This document shows positions 1 to 12,046 of a stretch of 64,000 nt of DNA, piece by piece. The notes under the pieces were generated by a model that saw nothing but the letters and a program-made list of their open reading frames with translations, was not told where the DNA came from and did not search any database. Position 1 is the stretch's first letter, and every line of letters starts with the position of its first letter. The stretch is from an uncultured Holophagae bacterium (GTDB lineage Bacteria; Acidobacteriota; Thermoanaerobaculia; Thermoanaerobaculales; Sulfomarinibacteraceae): the NCBI GenBank assembly GCA_963797055.1, contig CAWCOD010000006.1:573642-637641 (forward strand), in the 5' to 3' direction. Both the position numbers and the translations under genes were made by a program.

Positions 1-1
1 A

Positions 2-1201
2 GACCGCGGGATCTACGACATGCTCTACCGTCACGACTCCGCGTTTGCGAAGGTCTTCAAGGTACTCGCGGATTTCGATTCGGTGATGCCGCTGAGCCCG
101 ACCCACGCCCGGGATGCCCTGTCGGTGCTGCGCAGGGTCGGCATGGAGGAGGATCTGCCGCCAATGGACCGGACCGCCATGGGGGCCATGGTCGAAGAGG
201 CGGTCCGACTGGGCGGCTGGCACCGCAGGCTGTCCAGCCGGTTTTCGGACCTTGCAGATCTCCAGCGCGAAGCCGCCCACGTGGCGCGGCGTGAAGGACA
301 GGACGTGATCACCGCCGAACATGTGGCCGCCGCGCGGCGGGCTCGGCAGCGTCGCCATGGACTGACCGAAGACCGCACCCACAACTTCATCAGTGATGGC
401 ATCATCCGGATCGAAACCGAGGGCGAGATGGTGGGTCAGGTCAATGGGCTTGCCGTCTACGACCTTGGGCACTACCGCTTCGGCAAACCGTCGCGGATCA
501 CGGCGCAGGTCGGACTCGGCCGCGAAGGGGTCGTCAACATCGAGCGGCAGGCGGGGCTCTCTGGTCCGACGCACGACAAGGGCGTCAGCATTCTCACGGG
601 TTTCCTACGCGGCACCTTTGCCAAGAGAGTGCCGCTGACCATGGCGTGTTCGATCACGTTCGAACAGTCATACGGCGGCATCGACGGAGACTCCGCCTCG
701 TCCACAGAGGTCTACGCCGTGCTCTCCGCCCTGTCGGGCGCACCACTCCGTCAGGACCTGGCGGTGACCGGATCGGTGGACCAGTTCGGGCGGATCCAGG
801 CCATCGGCGGCGTCAATGAGAAGGTCGAGGGTTTCTTCAGGGTCTGCGCCGAACGTGGCCTCACCGGCACCCAGGGCGTTCTGATTCCAAAGTCAAACAC
901 CCCCGATCTCCACCTCGACGAAGAGGTCGTCCAAGCCGTTCGTGACGGCCGCTTCCACCTCTGGGAAGTCGAGACCGTGGACGGCGGGATCGAGCTGATG
1001 ACGGGGATCCCGGCGGGCCAGTGGACCGACGATGAGGGTTGGAGTCCGGACTCCATTTACGGTCGTTGTCAACAACAGCTGGAGGAAAACGCAGTCCTGA
1101 TGCGTGAGGCGGCAAAGGGCCCCGGGAAGAAGACGGACGACGATGAACCGGATGACGAACACGAGACCCTTGACGAAGAGGGTTCGAAGAGCACTGGGTG
1201 A
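2..1201 (+). CDS. Lon-like protease, C-terminal S16 proteolytic domain (gene begins upstream of the window)
   Basis: Frame is open to the window edge. S16 hallmarks GIDGDSASSTE (catalytic Ser) and GGVNEKVEGFF (Lys). Acidic D/E tail. Stop TGA 1199-1201. Confidence 0.85.
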   Translation, partial: DRGIYDMLYRHDSAFAKVFKVLADFDSVMPLSPTHARDALSVLRRVGMEEDLPPMDRTAMGAMVEEAVRLGGWHRRLSSRFSDLADLQREAAHVARREGQDVITAEHVAAARRARQRRHGLTEDRTHNFISDGIIRIETEGEMVGQVNGLAVYDLGHYRFGKPSRITAQVGLGREGVVNIERQAGLSGPTHDKGVSILTGFLRGTFAKRVPLTMACSITFEQSYGGIDGDSASSTEVYAVLSALSGAPLRQDLAVTGSVDQFGRIQAIGGVNEKVEGFFRVCAERGLTGTQGVLIPKSNTPDLHLDEEVVQAVRDGRFHLWEVETVDGGIELMTGIPAGQWTDDEGWSPDSIYGRCQQQLEENAVLMREAAKGPGKKTDDDEPDDEHETLDEEGSKSTG

Positions 1202-1213
1202 CGTGACGCTAGA

Positions 1214-1269
1214 GGGGCTCGGGACTCGGGACTCGGGACTCGGATTTCGGATTTCGGATTTCGAATTTT
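1214..1269. repeat. 8 in-register heptamers: GGGGCTC, GGGACTC x3, GGATTTC x3, GAATTTT
   Basis: Read directly. Starts 13 nt after the Lon-like stop. Confidence 0.95.
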
Positions 1270-1333
1270 TTGTGACCAGGATGTGATCTGCATCGCATGG
1301 GCACCGCCCCCGATGTCCGAATCTCGATTGTAT

Positions 1334-1363
1334 TTGACACCCTAGCTTCAGGGATGGCAGAAT
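1334..1363 (+). promoter_or_regulatory. Possible sigma70-type promoter (TTGACA, 18 nt, CAGAAT) for the M23 peptidase gene
   Basis: TTGACA at 1334-1339 and CAGAAT at 1358-1363. By-eye match only. Confidence 0.3.
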
Positions 1364-1418
1364 CTGCGAGCGATGAGCGCCGCGGTTGCGGTGTCCATCG
1401 GGGAGGGGGACTGGGCTT

Positions 1419-2300
1419 ATGGCCCAACGGCTGAATACGATCATCATCGTTCCTCATAGCCAGGCAAAGTTCTTCAAATTTTCGTTTTCGACCCGGACGA
1501 TCATGTTGGCCGCCGCCGGGTGTGCCTTGGCGCTCATATTATCGGCGTTCGCGATCGCGTACACGGGAAGCGCGGTGAATCGCAGGGCCGAGGTTCAGCG
1601 GTTGCGCTCCGAAAACCAGCAACTGGCCGAGGTCAACCAACGCCTCGAGGATACTGTGGTCGCGGTGCAAGGCCGACTTGACGAGTTCGAGGAGCGAACT
1701 GCACGCTTAGCGTTGGCCGCCGGCATGGCAACCGACCCGGTTGGGTTCGAAGACCGCACGGTCGGTGAGGAGCGGATTGGAAGCGGCGGCCCCTACGACC
1801 GGCTGCCGGGCTCCCCGGCGACGCTTCAGCTTCAGGGAGATCTGATAGGCAAAAAGCTCGACGATGTGGAGGAGTCCCTCGAATCGCAGACCCGCGTCTT
1901 TGCCGCCACCCCCAGCATCATGCCCGTCATGGGTTTGATGACCGATGGCTTCGGTCGTCGCAAGGATCCCTTCACCGGTCGGCGGGCGTTCCATCGCGGG
2001 CTTGATATTTCGGCGCGACGTGGCACTCCGGTTCAGGCTCCGGCTGGAGGAGTTGTGGTCTTCACCGGGCGTAACGGCGGGCTGGGAAAGACCATCCGGG
2101 TCGCCCACGGGTTTGGATTCATGACCGTCTACGGCCACCTCGACTCGATTGCGGTCGAGCCCGGGGATGAGGTCCGGCGCGGCACCGTGCTCGGGGCCCT
2201 CGGCAGCTCCGGTCGATCGACCGGTCCTCACCTGCACTACGAGGTCCACGTGGACGGAGCGGCTGTGAACCCCCTGTACTACATGCTCAGCTCGAACTGA
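1419..2300 (+). CDS. M23/LytM family metallopeptidase with N-terminal TM helix and coiled coil
   Basis: HRGLDISA and GPHLHYEVH zinc motifs. ATG 1419 is preceded by GGGGAGGGGGA. The ORF-track start 1386 is less likely. Confidence 0.9.
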   Translation: MAQRLNTIIIVPHSQAKFFKFSFSTRTIMLAAAGCALALILSAFAIAYTGSAVNRRAEVQRLRSENQQLAEVNQRLEDTVVAVQGRLDEFEERTARLALAAGMATDPVGFEDRTVGEERIGSGGPYDRLPGSPATLQLQGDLIGKKLDDVEESLESQTRVFAATPSIMPVMGLMTDGFGRRKDPFTGRRAFHRGLDISARRGTPVQAPAGGVVVFTGRNGGLGKTIRVAHGFGFMTVYGHLDSIAVEPGDEVRRGTVLGALGSSGRSTGPHLHYEVHVDGAAVNPLYYMLSSN

Positions 2301-2556
2301 GGACCACCGCCCACACCACCACAGTTCCGGGCTCCGGGTTGATCCCTCCGTTGAACGGAACAGAAAAACTCCGGACCTGGAATCCGGAACTCGAGGCCCT
2401 GAAGTCGGAACAAGGGCCGAACGCCCGTTGAAATCCTCAGCGGCATACTCTACGCTGCCGGAGCCCGGTGTCTGGGCATTGATGGCCTCGGCCTCGTGTT
2501 GTTGACAATACAGGGCGTGTGCTGCTGCACAGGGCTCCGGGATCAAGGAATCAACT

Positions 2557-5343
2557 ATGAACCTCATTGAAAAAGGCATTGATGCCGTCTTTGGCTCAAA
2601 GCACGAGCGAGACATAAAACGCATGCGGCCCATGATTCGGGAGATCAACGATCTCGAACCGGAGATGGAGGCCCTGGACGACGATCGGCTGCGCGGGCGA
2701 ATCGACGAGATTCGAGAGCGCGTACGGGCGTCGTTGACCGACCTGCCAGACGAGGCACGCGCCCGGAGCGTGATGGTCCAAGAGGTTTTGGATCGGGAGT
2801 TGGTAGAGGTCTATGCAATCGTCCGTGAGGCGTCGAAAAGGGTGACGGGGATGCGCCACTTCGACGTCCAACTGGTCGGAGGCATCGTGCTCCATGAAGG
2901 CCGGATCGCGGAGATGAAGACCGGTGAGGGCAAGACCCTTGTGGCGACCCTCGCTGTGGCACTCAACGCGCTCAGCGGTCGAGGGGTTCACGTCGTTACC
3001 GTCAACGATTACCTGGCGCAGCGTGACGCGGACTGGATGGGGAAAATCTACCGGTTTCTCGGCTTTTCTGTCGGCTGTATCCAGAATCAAATGAAGGATG
3101 ACGAGCGCAAGGCTGCCTACGGAGCCGATATCACCTACGGTACGAATAACGAGTTCGGCTTCGACTACTTGCGGGACAACATGAAGTTCTCCCTCGATCG
3201 GATGGTCCAAAGGGACCATGCCTACGCCATCGTCGACGAGGTGGATTCGATTCTAGTGGATGAGGCCAGAACGCCGCTTATCATCTCCGGCCCATCTGAG
3301 GTGTCCGTCGATCTCTATTACAAGGTCGACGGTGTGATTCCGAAACTCGGTCGTGGCGAGGAAATCGAGGACAAACACGGCAACAAGGAGGTCACCGGCG
3401 ACTATCTGGTGGATGAGAAGGCCCAGACAGCGACCCTCACCGAGCAGGGGATGCAGCGGGTCGAGAAGATCCTCGGTGTTGAAAACCTCTGGGATCCGTC
3501 GCAGACCGAAATTCTCCACGCTGTGAATCAGGGGCTGCGCGCCCACTCACTGTTTGAGCGGGACCGCGAGTACATCGTCAAGGACGGCGAGGTGATCATC
3601 GTTGACGAGTTCACCGGAAGGTTGATGTCGGGCCGGCGCTGGTCCGACGGTCTGCACCAGGCTGTGGAGGCCAAAGAAAAGGTCAAGATCCAGTCGGAGA
3701 ACCAGACGCTGGCAACGGTCACCCTGCAGAACTACTTCCGGATGTACGACAAGCTGGCGGGGATGACCGGTACCGCTGAGACCGAGGCCGAAGAATTTCA
3801 GAAGATCTACGGGCTGGATGTCGCCGTGATCCCGACCAACGTCAATATGGTCCGGGACGATGCGGCCGATGTGGTCTACAAAACCGAAAAGGAGAAGTTC
3901 CGGGCGGTGATCGACGAGATCCAACGGAGCCATGAGCGGGGCCAGCCGGTCCTGGTGGGTACGGTCTCGATCGAAAAGTCGGAGCGGCTGGACAAGTTGC
4001 TGCAGCGTCGCAAGATCAAGCACGTTGTGCTGAACGCCAAATACCACGAGCGGGAGGCCGACATCGTCGCCCAGGCCGGTCGGAAGGGAGCGGTGACCAT
4101 CGCCACCAACATGGCGGGCCGAGGCACAGACATCGTGCTGGGTGGCAATCCGGAAGGTTTGGCGAGGATGGAGGCCGATCCCGGCGCGGATCCGGAGGGC
4201 TATGAGAGGGCGTTGGTCAAGTACACCGAATTGTGTGTTACTGAAAAGGAGGAGGTGCTCGCCGCCGGCGGCCTCCAGATCATCGGCACCGAACGTCACG
4301 AGGCCCGCCGGATCGACAACCAGTTGCGCGGTCGATCGGGCCGGCAGGGGGACCCCGGTGCGTCCCGTTTCTTCCTGTCTTTAGAAGATGACCTGATGCG
4401 GATTTTTGCGGCCGATTGGGTGCGCAAGATGATGGATCGGCTTGGGATGGAAGAGGACGTGCCCATCGAGTCGAAGATGGTGTCCAAGTCCATCGCCCGA
4501 GCGCAGACGCAGGTTGAAGGACGGAACTTCGATATCCGCAAGCACCTGCTCGAGTACGACGACGTCATGAACAAACAGCGTGAGGCCGTCTATCGTCTCC
4601 GCCGGCAGATTCTCGAAGGGGTGGAGGGCCGCGACTACATCATCCGGGTGGTTGATGAAATCGTTGCCAGCATGATCGACCGATTCTGTCCCGAGGACGC
4701 CGATCCGGAGGACTGGGACACCGCCGCCATGGACATCGAATACCGATCCTATTTCGGGATCACGGTGGAGCAGGTGGGGGTGGACTGGCAGAAGGTCAAC
4801 CGGGTGGAGCTCGAGGAACAGTTGGTGGACGGGGCCAAGCGCCACTATCACGAACGGGTGGAGCGCTTTGGTGACGACGAGTTTAAAAAGCTCGAGAAAT
4901 TCCTCCTCCTCGACACGGTGGATCGCCAATGGAAAGACCACCTTCTGGCTCTGGACCATCTGAGAGAGGGCATCGGTCTGCGCGCGTACGGCCAACGCAA
5001 CCCCCTGGTGGAGTACAAACGCGAGTCTTACGCCCTGTTCGAGGATATGTGGGAGCGGATCGAGGACCACGTGGTGAAGTTCCTCTACCACGCCGAACCG
5101 GTGGAGGACTATCAGCAGCGCCGGCGCGGTGTCACGACCACTCTGTCTCACCCGGACGCCGCCGGGCTCGCCAAATCCCATGAGCAGCAGGAGAGGGCGG
5201 CGAGCACACCGGTCGGTGGGCCGACGAAACCCTCCACGGTTCGCCGGATGCAACCCAAGGTGGGACGAAACGACCCGTGTCCCTGCGGATCGGGCAAGAA
5301 GTACAAAAAGTGCTGCGGGGTGGACTCCGCGGCGGGGAGGTAA
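2557..5343 (+). CDS. secA: Preprotein translocase ATPase SecA
   Basis: 928 aa. Motor motifs [13 protein letters not shown] and [20 protein letters not shown]-terminal zinc finger [14 protein letters not shown]. Confidence 0.98.
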   Translation: MNLIEKGIDAVFGSKHERDIKRMRPMIREINDLEPEMEALDDDRLRGRIDEIRERVRASLTDLPDEARARSVMVQEVLDRELVEVYAIVREASKRVTGMRHFDVQLVGGIVLHEGRIAEMKTGEGKTLVATLAVALNALSGRGVHVVTVNDYLAQRDADWMGKIYRFLGFSVGCIQNQMKDDERKAAYGADITYGTNNEFGFDYLRDNMKFSLDRMVQRDHAYAIVDEVDSILVDEARTPLIISGPSEVSVDLYYKVDGVIPKLGRGEEIEDKHGNKEVTGDYLVDEKAQTATLTEQGMQRVEKILGVENLWDPSQTEILHAVNQGLRAHSLFERDREYIVKDGEVIIVDEFTGRLMSGRRWSDGLHQAVEAKEKVKIQSENQTLATVTLQNYFRMYDKLAGMTGTAETEAEEFQKIYGLDVAVIPTNVNMVRDDAADVVYKTEKEKFRAVIDEIQRSHERGQPVLVGTVSIEKSERLDKLLQRRKIKHVVLNAKYHEREADIVAQAGRKGAVTIATNMAGRGTDIVLGGNPEGLARMEADPGADPEGYERALVKYTELCVTEKEEVLAAGGLQIIGTERHEARRIDNQLRGRSGRQGDPGASRFFLSLEDDLMRIFAADWVRKMMDRLGMEEDVPIESKMVSKSIARAQTQVEGRNFDIRKHLLEYDDVMNKQREAVYRLRRQILEGVEGRDYIIRVVDEIVASMIDRFCPEDADPEDWDTAAMDIEYRSYFGITVEQVGVDWQKVNRVELEEQLVDGAKRHYHERVERFGDDEFKKLEKFLLLDTVDRQWKDHLLALDHLREGIGLRAYGQRNPLVEYKRESYALFEDMWERIEDHVVKFLYHAEPVEDYQQRRRGVTTTLSHPDAAGLAKSHEQQERAASTPVGGPTKPSTVRRMQPKVGRNDPCPCGSGKKYKKCCGVDSAAGR

Positions 5344-5348
5344 GAGGG

Positions 5349-6818
<1,470 letters not shown>

Positions 6819-6822
6819 CACC

Positions 6823-6914
6823 AGGGAGCAGGAAGCAGTTGGCAGGGGCCAATCTCGCGACCTCCGCTCCCTGCTCTCTGCTCCCTGCACCCTGTTCCCC
6901 GCTCCCTGCACCCT
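6823..6914. repeat. Inverted heptamer arrays: AGGGAGC/AGGAAGC (6823-6836), spacer, then 7 in-register units GCTCCCT/GCTCTCT/GCACCCT/GTTCCCC (6866-6914)
   Basis: Read directly. Fills the guaB-gmd spacer. Confidence 0.9.
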
Positions 6915-6932
6915 GTCTGGTAGACTCCGCCA

Positions 6933-7964
6933 ATGAAACGAGCGCTGATTACCGGTATTACGGGTCAGGATGGTTCCTATCTCTCGGAGTTGCTGCTCCA
7001 CAAGGGCTACGAGGTTCATGGCATCGTTCGCCGTGCCTCCACCTTCAACCGAAACCGCATCGACCATCTCCGGAATGACCCGGTAAAAAGGCAGAACTTC
7101 CACCTTCATTATGGCGATCTCGGCGACTCGGAATCCCTTATCACCGTGCTGGATGGTGTCAAACCGGACGAAATCTACAATCTGGCGGCCCAGTCCCATG
7201 TCGGCATCTCATTCCGGATGCCGACCTACACCGGCGACGTCACAGCCATCGGAACCGTTCGTCTGTTGGAGGCGGTGCGCCAGGTCGTCCCGGCCGCAAG
7301 GTTCTATCAGGCGTCCTCTTCCGAACTCTACGGCAAAGCCGAGCGTGTGCCCCAGGACGAGGCGACGCCATTCCACCCGCGCTCGCCATACGCGGTCGCC
7401 AAGCTCTACGCCTATTGGGCAACGGTCAACTTCCGCGAGGCCTATGATCTCTTCGCCGCGAACGGAATTTTGTTCAACCACGAATCGCCCCGACGTGGTG
7501 AGAACTTTGTGACCCGCAAGATCTCCCGCGCCGTGGCCGAGATCGCCACCGGAAGCCGCGAACGGGTGGCTCTGGGAAACCTGGAGGCACGCCGAGACTG
7601 GGGTTTTGCCGGGGATTTTGTCGAGGCCATGTGGCTGATTTTGCAGGCCGAGGCGGCGGATGACTTTGTGGTGGGCACCGGCGTGACCCACTCGGTCCGT
7701 GAATTCTGCGTGGCGGCTTTTGCCGAGGTCGGTATCGATCTGATCTGGGAAGGGGATGGTGAGCACGAGGTGGGCCGGGATCAGACGTCCGATGTGATCC
7801 GGGTTTGCGTCGATCCCAGGTACTACCGACCGGCGGAGGTGGACGAACTCCAGGCCGACGCGTCGAAGGTTCGCCGTGTACTGGGATGGACGCCCAGGGT
7901 GTCGTTCAACGAACTGGTGAAGATGATGGTCCGCGCCGACCTCGATGCCGTTGCTTCGGTCTGA
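6933..7964 (+). CDS. gmd: GDP-mannose 4,6-dehydratase
   Basis: 343 aa. N-terminal [12 protein letters not shown] Rossmann motif and YAVAKLY (YxxxK). Typical Gmd length. Confidence 0.95.
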   Translation: MKRALITGITGQDGSYLSELLLHKGYEVHGIVRRASTFNRNRIDHLRNDPVKRQNFHLHYGDLGDSESLITVLDGVKPDEIYNLAAQSHVGISFRMPTYTGDVTAIGTVRLLEAVRQVVPAARFYQASSSELYGKAERVPQDEATPFHPRSPYAVAKLYAYWATVNFREAYDLFAANGILFNHESPRRGENFVTRKISRAVAEIATGSRERVALGNLEARRDWGFAGDFVEAMWLILQAEAADDFVVGTGVTHSVREFCVAAFAEVGIDLIWEGDGEHEVGRDQTSDVIRVCVDPRYYRPAEVDELQADASKVRRVLGWTPRVSFNELVKMMVRADLDAVASV

Positions 7965-8083
7965 CCTGTCGGCCGGATAGGGGATCCTGCCGCACCAGGG
8001 GTTCCGCATTCGTCGTCACCACAGCCCGAGGCCTTGTGTCACGAACCGGTGCAGACTAGGATCACCATCGCTGGAGGTCCCCA

Positions 8084-9730
8084 ATGAGGATCGTTGAGTG
8101 CGTGCCGAATATCTCGGAAGGCCGACGTCAAGAGGTTTATGAGGAGATCGCGCAGGCGGCGTCGTCGGTTGCGGGCGTCAGCCTGCTGGACGTGGACCCC
8201 GGTTGGGAGACCAACCGAACCGTTATCACCTTTGTGGGCGAACCCGAAGCGGTCCTCGAAGGTGCTTTTCAGCTCGTCAAACGCTCGTTCGAACTGATCG
8301 ATATGCGGGAGCACCACGGCGCCCACGGCCGGATGGGAGCCACCGACGTGTGCCCCTTCGTCCCGGTGTCCGGAGTGACCATGGACGACTGCGTCGACCT
8401 CGCCAACAGCCTTGGACGGCGCGTAGGAGAGGAACTGGGAGTCCCCGTCTATCTCTACGAATACGCGGCGACGCGGCCGGAACGGAAATCTCTGGCGGAC
8501 ATCAGGAAAGGCGAGTACGAGGCGTTGCCCGCCAAACTCGAAGATCCGGATTTTGCCCCCGACTTCGGCCCGGCGGACTTCGTGCCGTCCTTCGGCGCGA
8601 TGGTGACTGGGGCGCGCAAGTTTCTGGTTGCGTACAACGTCAACCTCAACGTTGCCGACAAGCGGTGGGCCAACCGCGTCGCCTTCGACGTCCGCGAAAC
8701 GGGTCGGACGGTTACCGATGCCGATGGAAACACGGTCCAGCAGCCGGGTCTGCTGAAGGCCGTCCGCGGTGTGGGCTGGTACATCCCGGAATACGGCTGC
8801 GCACAGGTCTCCATGAACCTCATCGACCTCGACACAACGCCACTGCACACCGTGTTTGATGCGTGCGACACCAGCGCCCGCGAGCGCGGTATCCGAGTCA
8901 CCGGTTCGGAGCTGGTGGGTCTGGTGCCGAAGGCGACGATTCTGGATGCCGGCCGGCACTACCTCAAACGGATGGGTCGCTCGCCCGGAGTGCCGGAATC
9001 GGATCTCGTGCAGTCGGCGATCCGAAGCCTCGGTCTTAGCGAGGTGGCGTCCTTTGATCCGTCGGAGAAGATCATCGAAGAGATCCTCGCACCGGATCGT
9101 CCGTTGGCGTCGTTGACCGTACAGGGCTTTGCCGACGAGACCTCCCGCGATTCCGCCGCTCCGGGTGGTGGATCGGTGGCCGCCCTCGCGGGGGCGCTGG
9201 CCGCATCGCTGGCCGCCATGGTGGCCAACCTGCCCCACCCCAAGAGCGATTTCGCAGGCGTCAAGGAACAACTGGAAGAGCTCTCTGAACGCGCTCAGGA
9301 ACTCAAGCAGGGCCTCCTCGACGCCATCGACGAGGACACGTGGGCCTTCCAACAGCTCATGGAGGCGGCACGGGCGGGTGATGCCGTCCGTGCCCGCGCG
9401 GCCACCCTGCACGCTGCAGAAGTACCTCTCGGCGTCGCTGAAGCCTGCGTCGAGATCGCCGTTCTCTGCCGGTCTGCGCTCGAACTCGGCATGACCGCTT
9501 CGTCCTCCGATGCCGGCGTGGGTGCTGGAATGGCTCGCGCCGCAGCGGCGGGTGCCGCGATGAACAGCTACATCAATCTTCAAGATATGACCGATGACGC
9601 CGAGGCGGCGGCACTGCTTCGCCGCGCGGACGTCGCCGTGGTCCGGACGAACGAGGTCGCTGCGGCGGTGGAGAAAGAGGTGTGGCGCAGGTTGGGGCGT
9701 GACGAGAACTCGGTGGTCAAGGACTCGTAA
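8084..9730 (+). CDS. ftcD: Fused glutamate formimidoyltransferase / formimidoyl-THF cyclodeaminase (FTCD-like)
   Basis: N-terminus MRIVECVPNISEGRR is typical of formiminotransferases. An Ala-rich helical C-terminal ~200 aa resembles the cyclodeaminase domain. GGAGG lies 7 nt upstream. Confidence 0.85.
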   Translation: MRIVECVPNISEGRRQEVYEEIAQAASSVAGVSLLDVDPGWETNRTVITFVGEPEAVLEGAFQLVKRSFELIDMREHHGAHGRMGATDVCPFVPVSGVTMDDCVDLANSLGRRVGEELGVPVYLYEYAATRPERKSLADIRKGEYEALPAKLEDPDFAPDFGPADFVPSFGAMVTGARKFLVAYNVNLNVADKRWANRVAFDVRETGRTVTDADGNTVQQPGLLKAVRGVGWYIPEYGCAQVSMNLIDLDTTPLHTVFDACDTSARERGIRVTGSELVGLVPKATILDAGRHYLKRMGRSPGVPESDLVQSAIRSLGLSEVASFDPSEKIIEEILAPDRPLASLTVQGFADETSRDSAAPGGGSVAALAGALAASLAAMVANLPHPKSDFAGVKEQLEELSERAQELKQGLLDAIDEDTWAFQQLMEAARAGDAVRARAATLHAAEVPLGVAEACVEIAVLCRSALELGMTASSSDAGVGAGMARAAAAGAAMNSYINLQDMTDDAEAAALLRRADVAVVRTNEVAAAVEKEVWRRLGRDENSVVKDS

Positions 9731-9806
9731 ATTCTATCGTCATTGAGCAGGCCGGCCACGGCTTTGGGGCGAATCTGCGTATATTCTGGGCGGGAAGCGT
9801 GAATTG

Positions 9807-10796
9807 ATGAACACACGACTTGAATCAACTGTGACGAGTACAACGGCCGGTGGGGCGCTCGCCGTCCTGCTGGCGCGGGTGGTGGTCCCGCTGTGGCTTC
9901 TTACCGGAGCGGTGCTCAAACTCATGGACGCCAGTCCCACCCATTTGCCGGTTCTCCTGATCAAGTGGGCGGGTTCCGTCGGCATCGATCTCCTGTTTCT
10001 GCTGAGGTTCAGTATTGCGGCGGAACTCACCGTCGTCGGCGTCTTGTGGCTGTTGCCGCGATTAGCCCGCCCGGTGGGGCTGGTGACGTTGGGCCTCTTT
10101 CTCCCGATACTCATCGGCGACGTCCTGATGGGCGCTTCAAGTTGCGGGTGTTTCGGTGCGGTGCAGATCCATCCTGGCATCACCCTCGTCATGGATCTCG
10201 GGTTCTTCCTTGGTCTGTGGTTGCTGGGTCGCGACGCGCCGTCGTTGGCGGTTACGTCAACGCTGCCCACGTGGCGGGTTGTGGCAGTGGGTCTCTGGAC
10301 TCTGGCGAGTTTCGCGCTTTCCTTCGGTCTGACTGGCCCGACTCCGGCGAACCCGTCCGGATTGACTCGTGCCGGCGGATCCATGGACGCGGCTCTGCCC
10401 GCTGAAGGGTTCTACCTACCGGCGTACAGCGACTGGATCGGGCGGAATTGGGACGAGGTGCCGATTTCTGCCTGGATCGAGGGAGCGGAGGATCTCGAAA
10501 CGGGTCCTCAGTACATCCTCTTCTATCGCAAGGACTGCGAACACTGCCACGAGCTCATGGAGGTCTTCTTCGCCGGCAGCCTGGCGGTGCCCACGACCGC
10601 GGTGGCGGTTCCCGAAAAGACCGGCTTCCCGACGGCGGGTCTGATGGATTTCGCGTGTGATGAATGCCGCCTCGCCGAGTTGCCGAAGGGAGTGGACTGG
10701 TTCCTCCAGACTCCGGTTCTCGTGCGGCTCTCAGATGGTGTCGTTCAGTGCGCCGCGGAAGTCACCGCGGCTGATCCACAGTGCATCCAGTGGTGA
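9807..10796 (+). CDS. Membrane protein: MauE/DoxX-like 4-TM N-domain fused to a thioredoxin-like CxxC domain
   Basis: SSCGCFG motif sits in a TM helix (MauE-like). C-terminal YILFYRKDCEHCHEL plus a second CDEC pair. Confidence 0.6.
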   Translation: MNTRLESTVTSTTAGGALAVLLARVVVPLWLLTGAVLKLMDASPTHLPVLLIKWAGSVGIDLLFLLRFSIAAELTVVGVLWLLPRLARPVGLVTLGLFLPILIGDVLMGASSCGCFGAVQIHPGITLVMDLGFFLGLWLLGRDAPSLAVTSTLPTWRVVAVGLWTLASFALSFGLTGPTPANPSGLTRAGGSMDAALPAEGFYLPAYSDWIGRNWDEVPISAWIEGAEDLETGPQYILFYRKDCEHCHELMEVFFAGSLAVPTTAVAVPEKTGFPTAGLMDFACDECRLAELPKGVDWFLQTPVLVRLSDGVVQCAAEVTAADPQCIQW

Positions 10797-10921
10797 GGGG
10801 TCGATTGGGCCTCGTGGCAGCCCTTTGAGGACGGAAAATGCCCGGCGGAGTGTGTTATAGTTCCTCTTCGAACCGCCGAGAATAATCGGCCACAATATTA
10901 TGGAAAGAACTTTGGAGGTGG

Positions 10922-11566
10922 ATGATGCGAAAGTCCCTCACTCCGGCAATCGTGCTGATGTGCGTTGCCGCACTAACCCTGACCGGTTGCGCGACGAAGA
11001 AGTACGTCAATGAGCAGGTCGCTGCCGGCGATCAGCTGACTATGCAGAAGGTGACCGAGGTTCAGAGTTCAGTGGAGAGCAATCAGAAGGCGATCTCCGA
11101 TCTCGATGCAAAGGCCGCCAAGCTCGAGACCGCTTACAACAATCTGTCCCAGGAGACCAAGGACGCTCTGCGCCGCGCCGAAGAGGCCGGCAAGCTGGCC
11201 GAAGGTTCCTTTGTGGACGAGGTTGTCCTGACCGACGATAAGGTCAAGTTCGCCTTCAATCGGGCCGACCTCTCCGCCGAGGCGAAGGGTGAGATTGAGG
11301 CACTCGTGACGAGCCTGAAGTCCAAGAACGCCAATGTCTATGTGGAGATCCAGGGCCACACGGACAACACGGGTTCCGAGCAGTACAACCTGCAGCTTGG
11401 CTACAAACGCGCCAAGCAGGTTATGGAATACATGAACGTTGAACTGGGTGTTCCCATGCACCGCATGAATGTGACCTCCTACGGCGAGTACAAGCCTATT
11501 GCCGATAACAGCACCAAGGATGGCCGTGCAGCGAATCGCCGCGTGGCTCTGGTGGTCATGAAGTAA
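10922..11566 (+). CDS. OmpA-family lipoprotein (peptidoglycan-associated)
   Basis: Lipobox LTLTGC. OmpA C-domain motifs GHTDNTGSEQYNLQLGYKRA and NRRVALVV. GGAGG upstream. Confidence 0.9.
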   Translation: MMRKSLTPAIVLMCVAALTLTGCATKKYVNEQVAAGDQLTMQKVTEVQSSVESNQKAISDLDAKAAKLETAYNNLSQETKDALRRAEEAGKLAEGSFVDEVVLTDDKVKFAFNRADLSAEAKGEIEALVTSLKSKNANVYVEIQGHTDNTGSEQYNLQLGYKRAKQVMEYMNVELGVPMHRMNVTSYGEYKPIADNSTKDGRAANRRVALVVMK

Positions 11567-11592
11567 ATCGGTTCCGAAAATCTAATCCCAAG

Positions 11593-11618
11593 ACCCGGGC
11601 TTCGGCCCGGGTTTTTTT
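11593..11618 (+). terminator. Rho-independent terminator of the OmpA-like gene
   Basis: ACCCGGGC-TTCG-GCCCGGGT hairpin followed by T7. Confidence 0.85.
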
Positions 11619-11786
11619 AAAATGTCGAAAATCGAAGGTCTCAATCTGTCTTCTGCGGGCCCTTCGATGAACCTCGTCGAGCCTATTACCCCCGGCGCGC
11701 TCCCCGAGGTTGCCCGGTATTGACGTTGAGCGGCCACAACGACGGATGCAATTTTGGGGCAATGTATCGCACAACGTCATACCCGG

Positions 11787-11831
11787 CACGCCCGATCAAC
11801 GCGTCCTTTCGCTCCGGATGAGTGGACGGGG
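11787..11831 (+). repeat. 45-nt dispersed module CACGCCCGATCAACG[CG]GTCC... (second copy at 52762-52805)
   Basis: 20-nt near-identical core seen at both loci. Confidence 0.7.
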
Positions 11832-12046
11832 ACTTTTGACTGTAGACTTTAGCCCGAACTTCTCACCGGGTATCTACTGCGGGCGGCGAATCGCGTCGTT
11901 CCGTCGTGTTTGTCGCAAATCGTGTTCCTCAACATAGTGCGACTATGCCTACGTCGCCCAATTACACGACAAACCCAGCGGAGACTTGCGTTTCGCCACC
12001 CTCGCGACGAAACCCGGTGAGAAGTACGGGCTAGACTGGTGAGATA

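Noticed and set aside
8039-9583. 514-aa ORF antisense to the FTCD-like gene
   Set aside because: It fully overlaps a gene with clear family motifs. The translation is Arg/Gly/His-rich low complexity, typical of shadow ORFs in GC-rich DNA.
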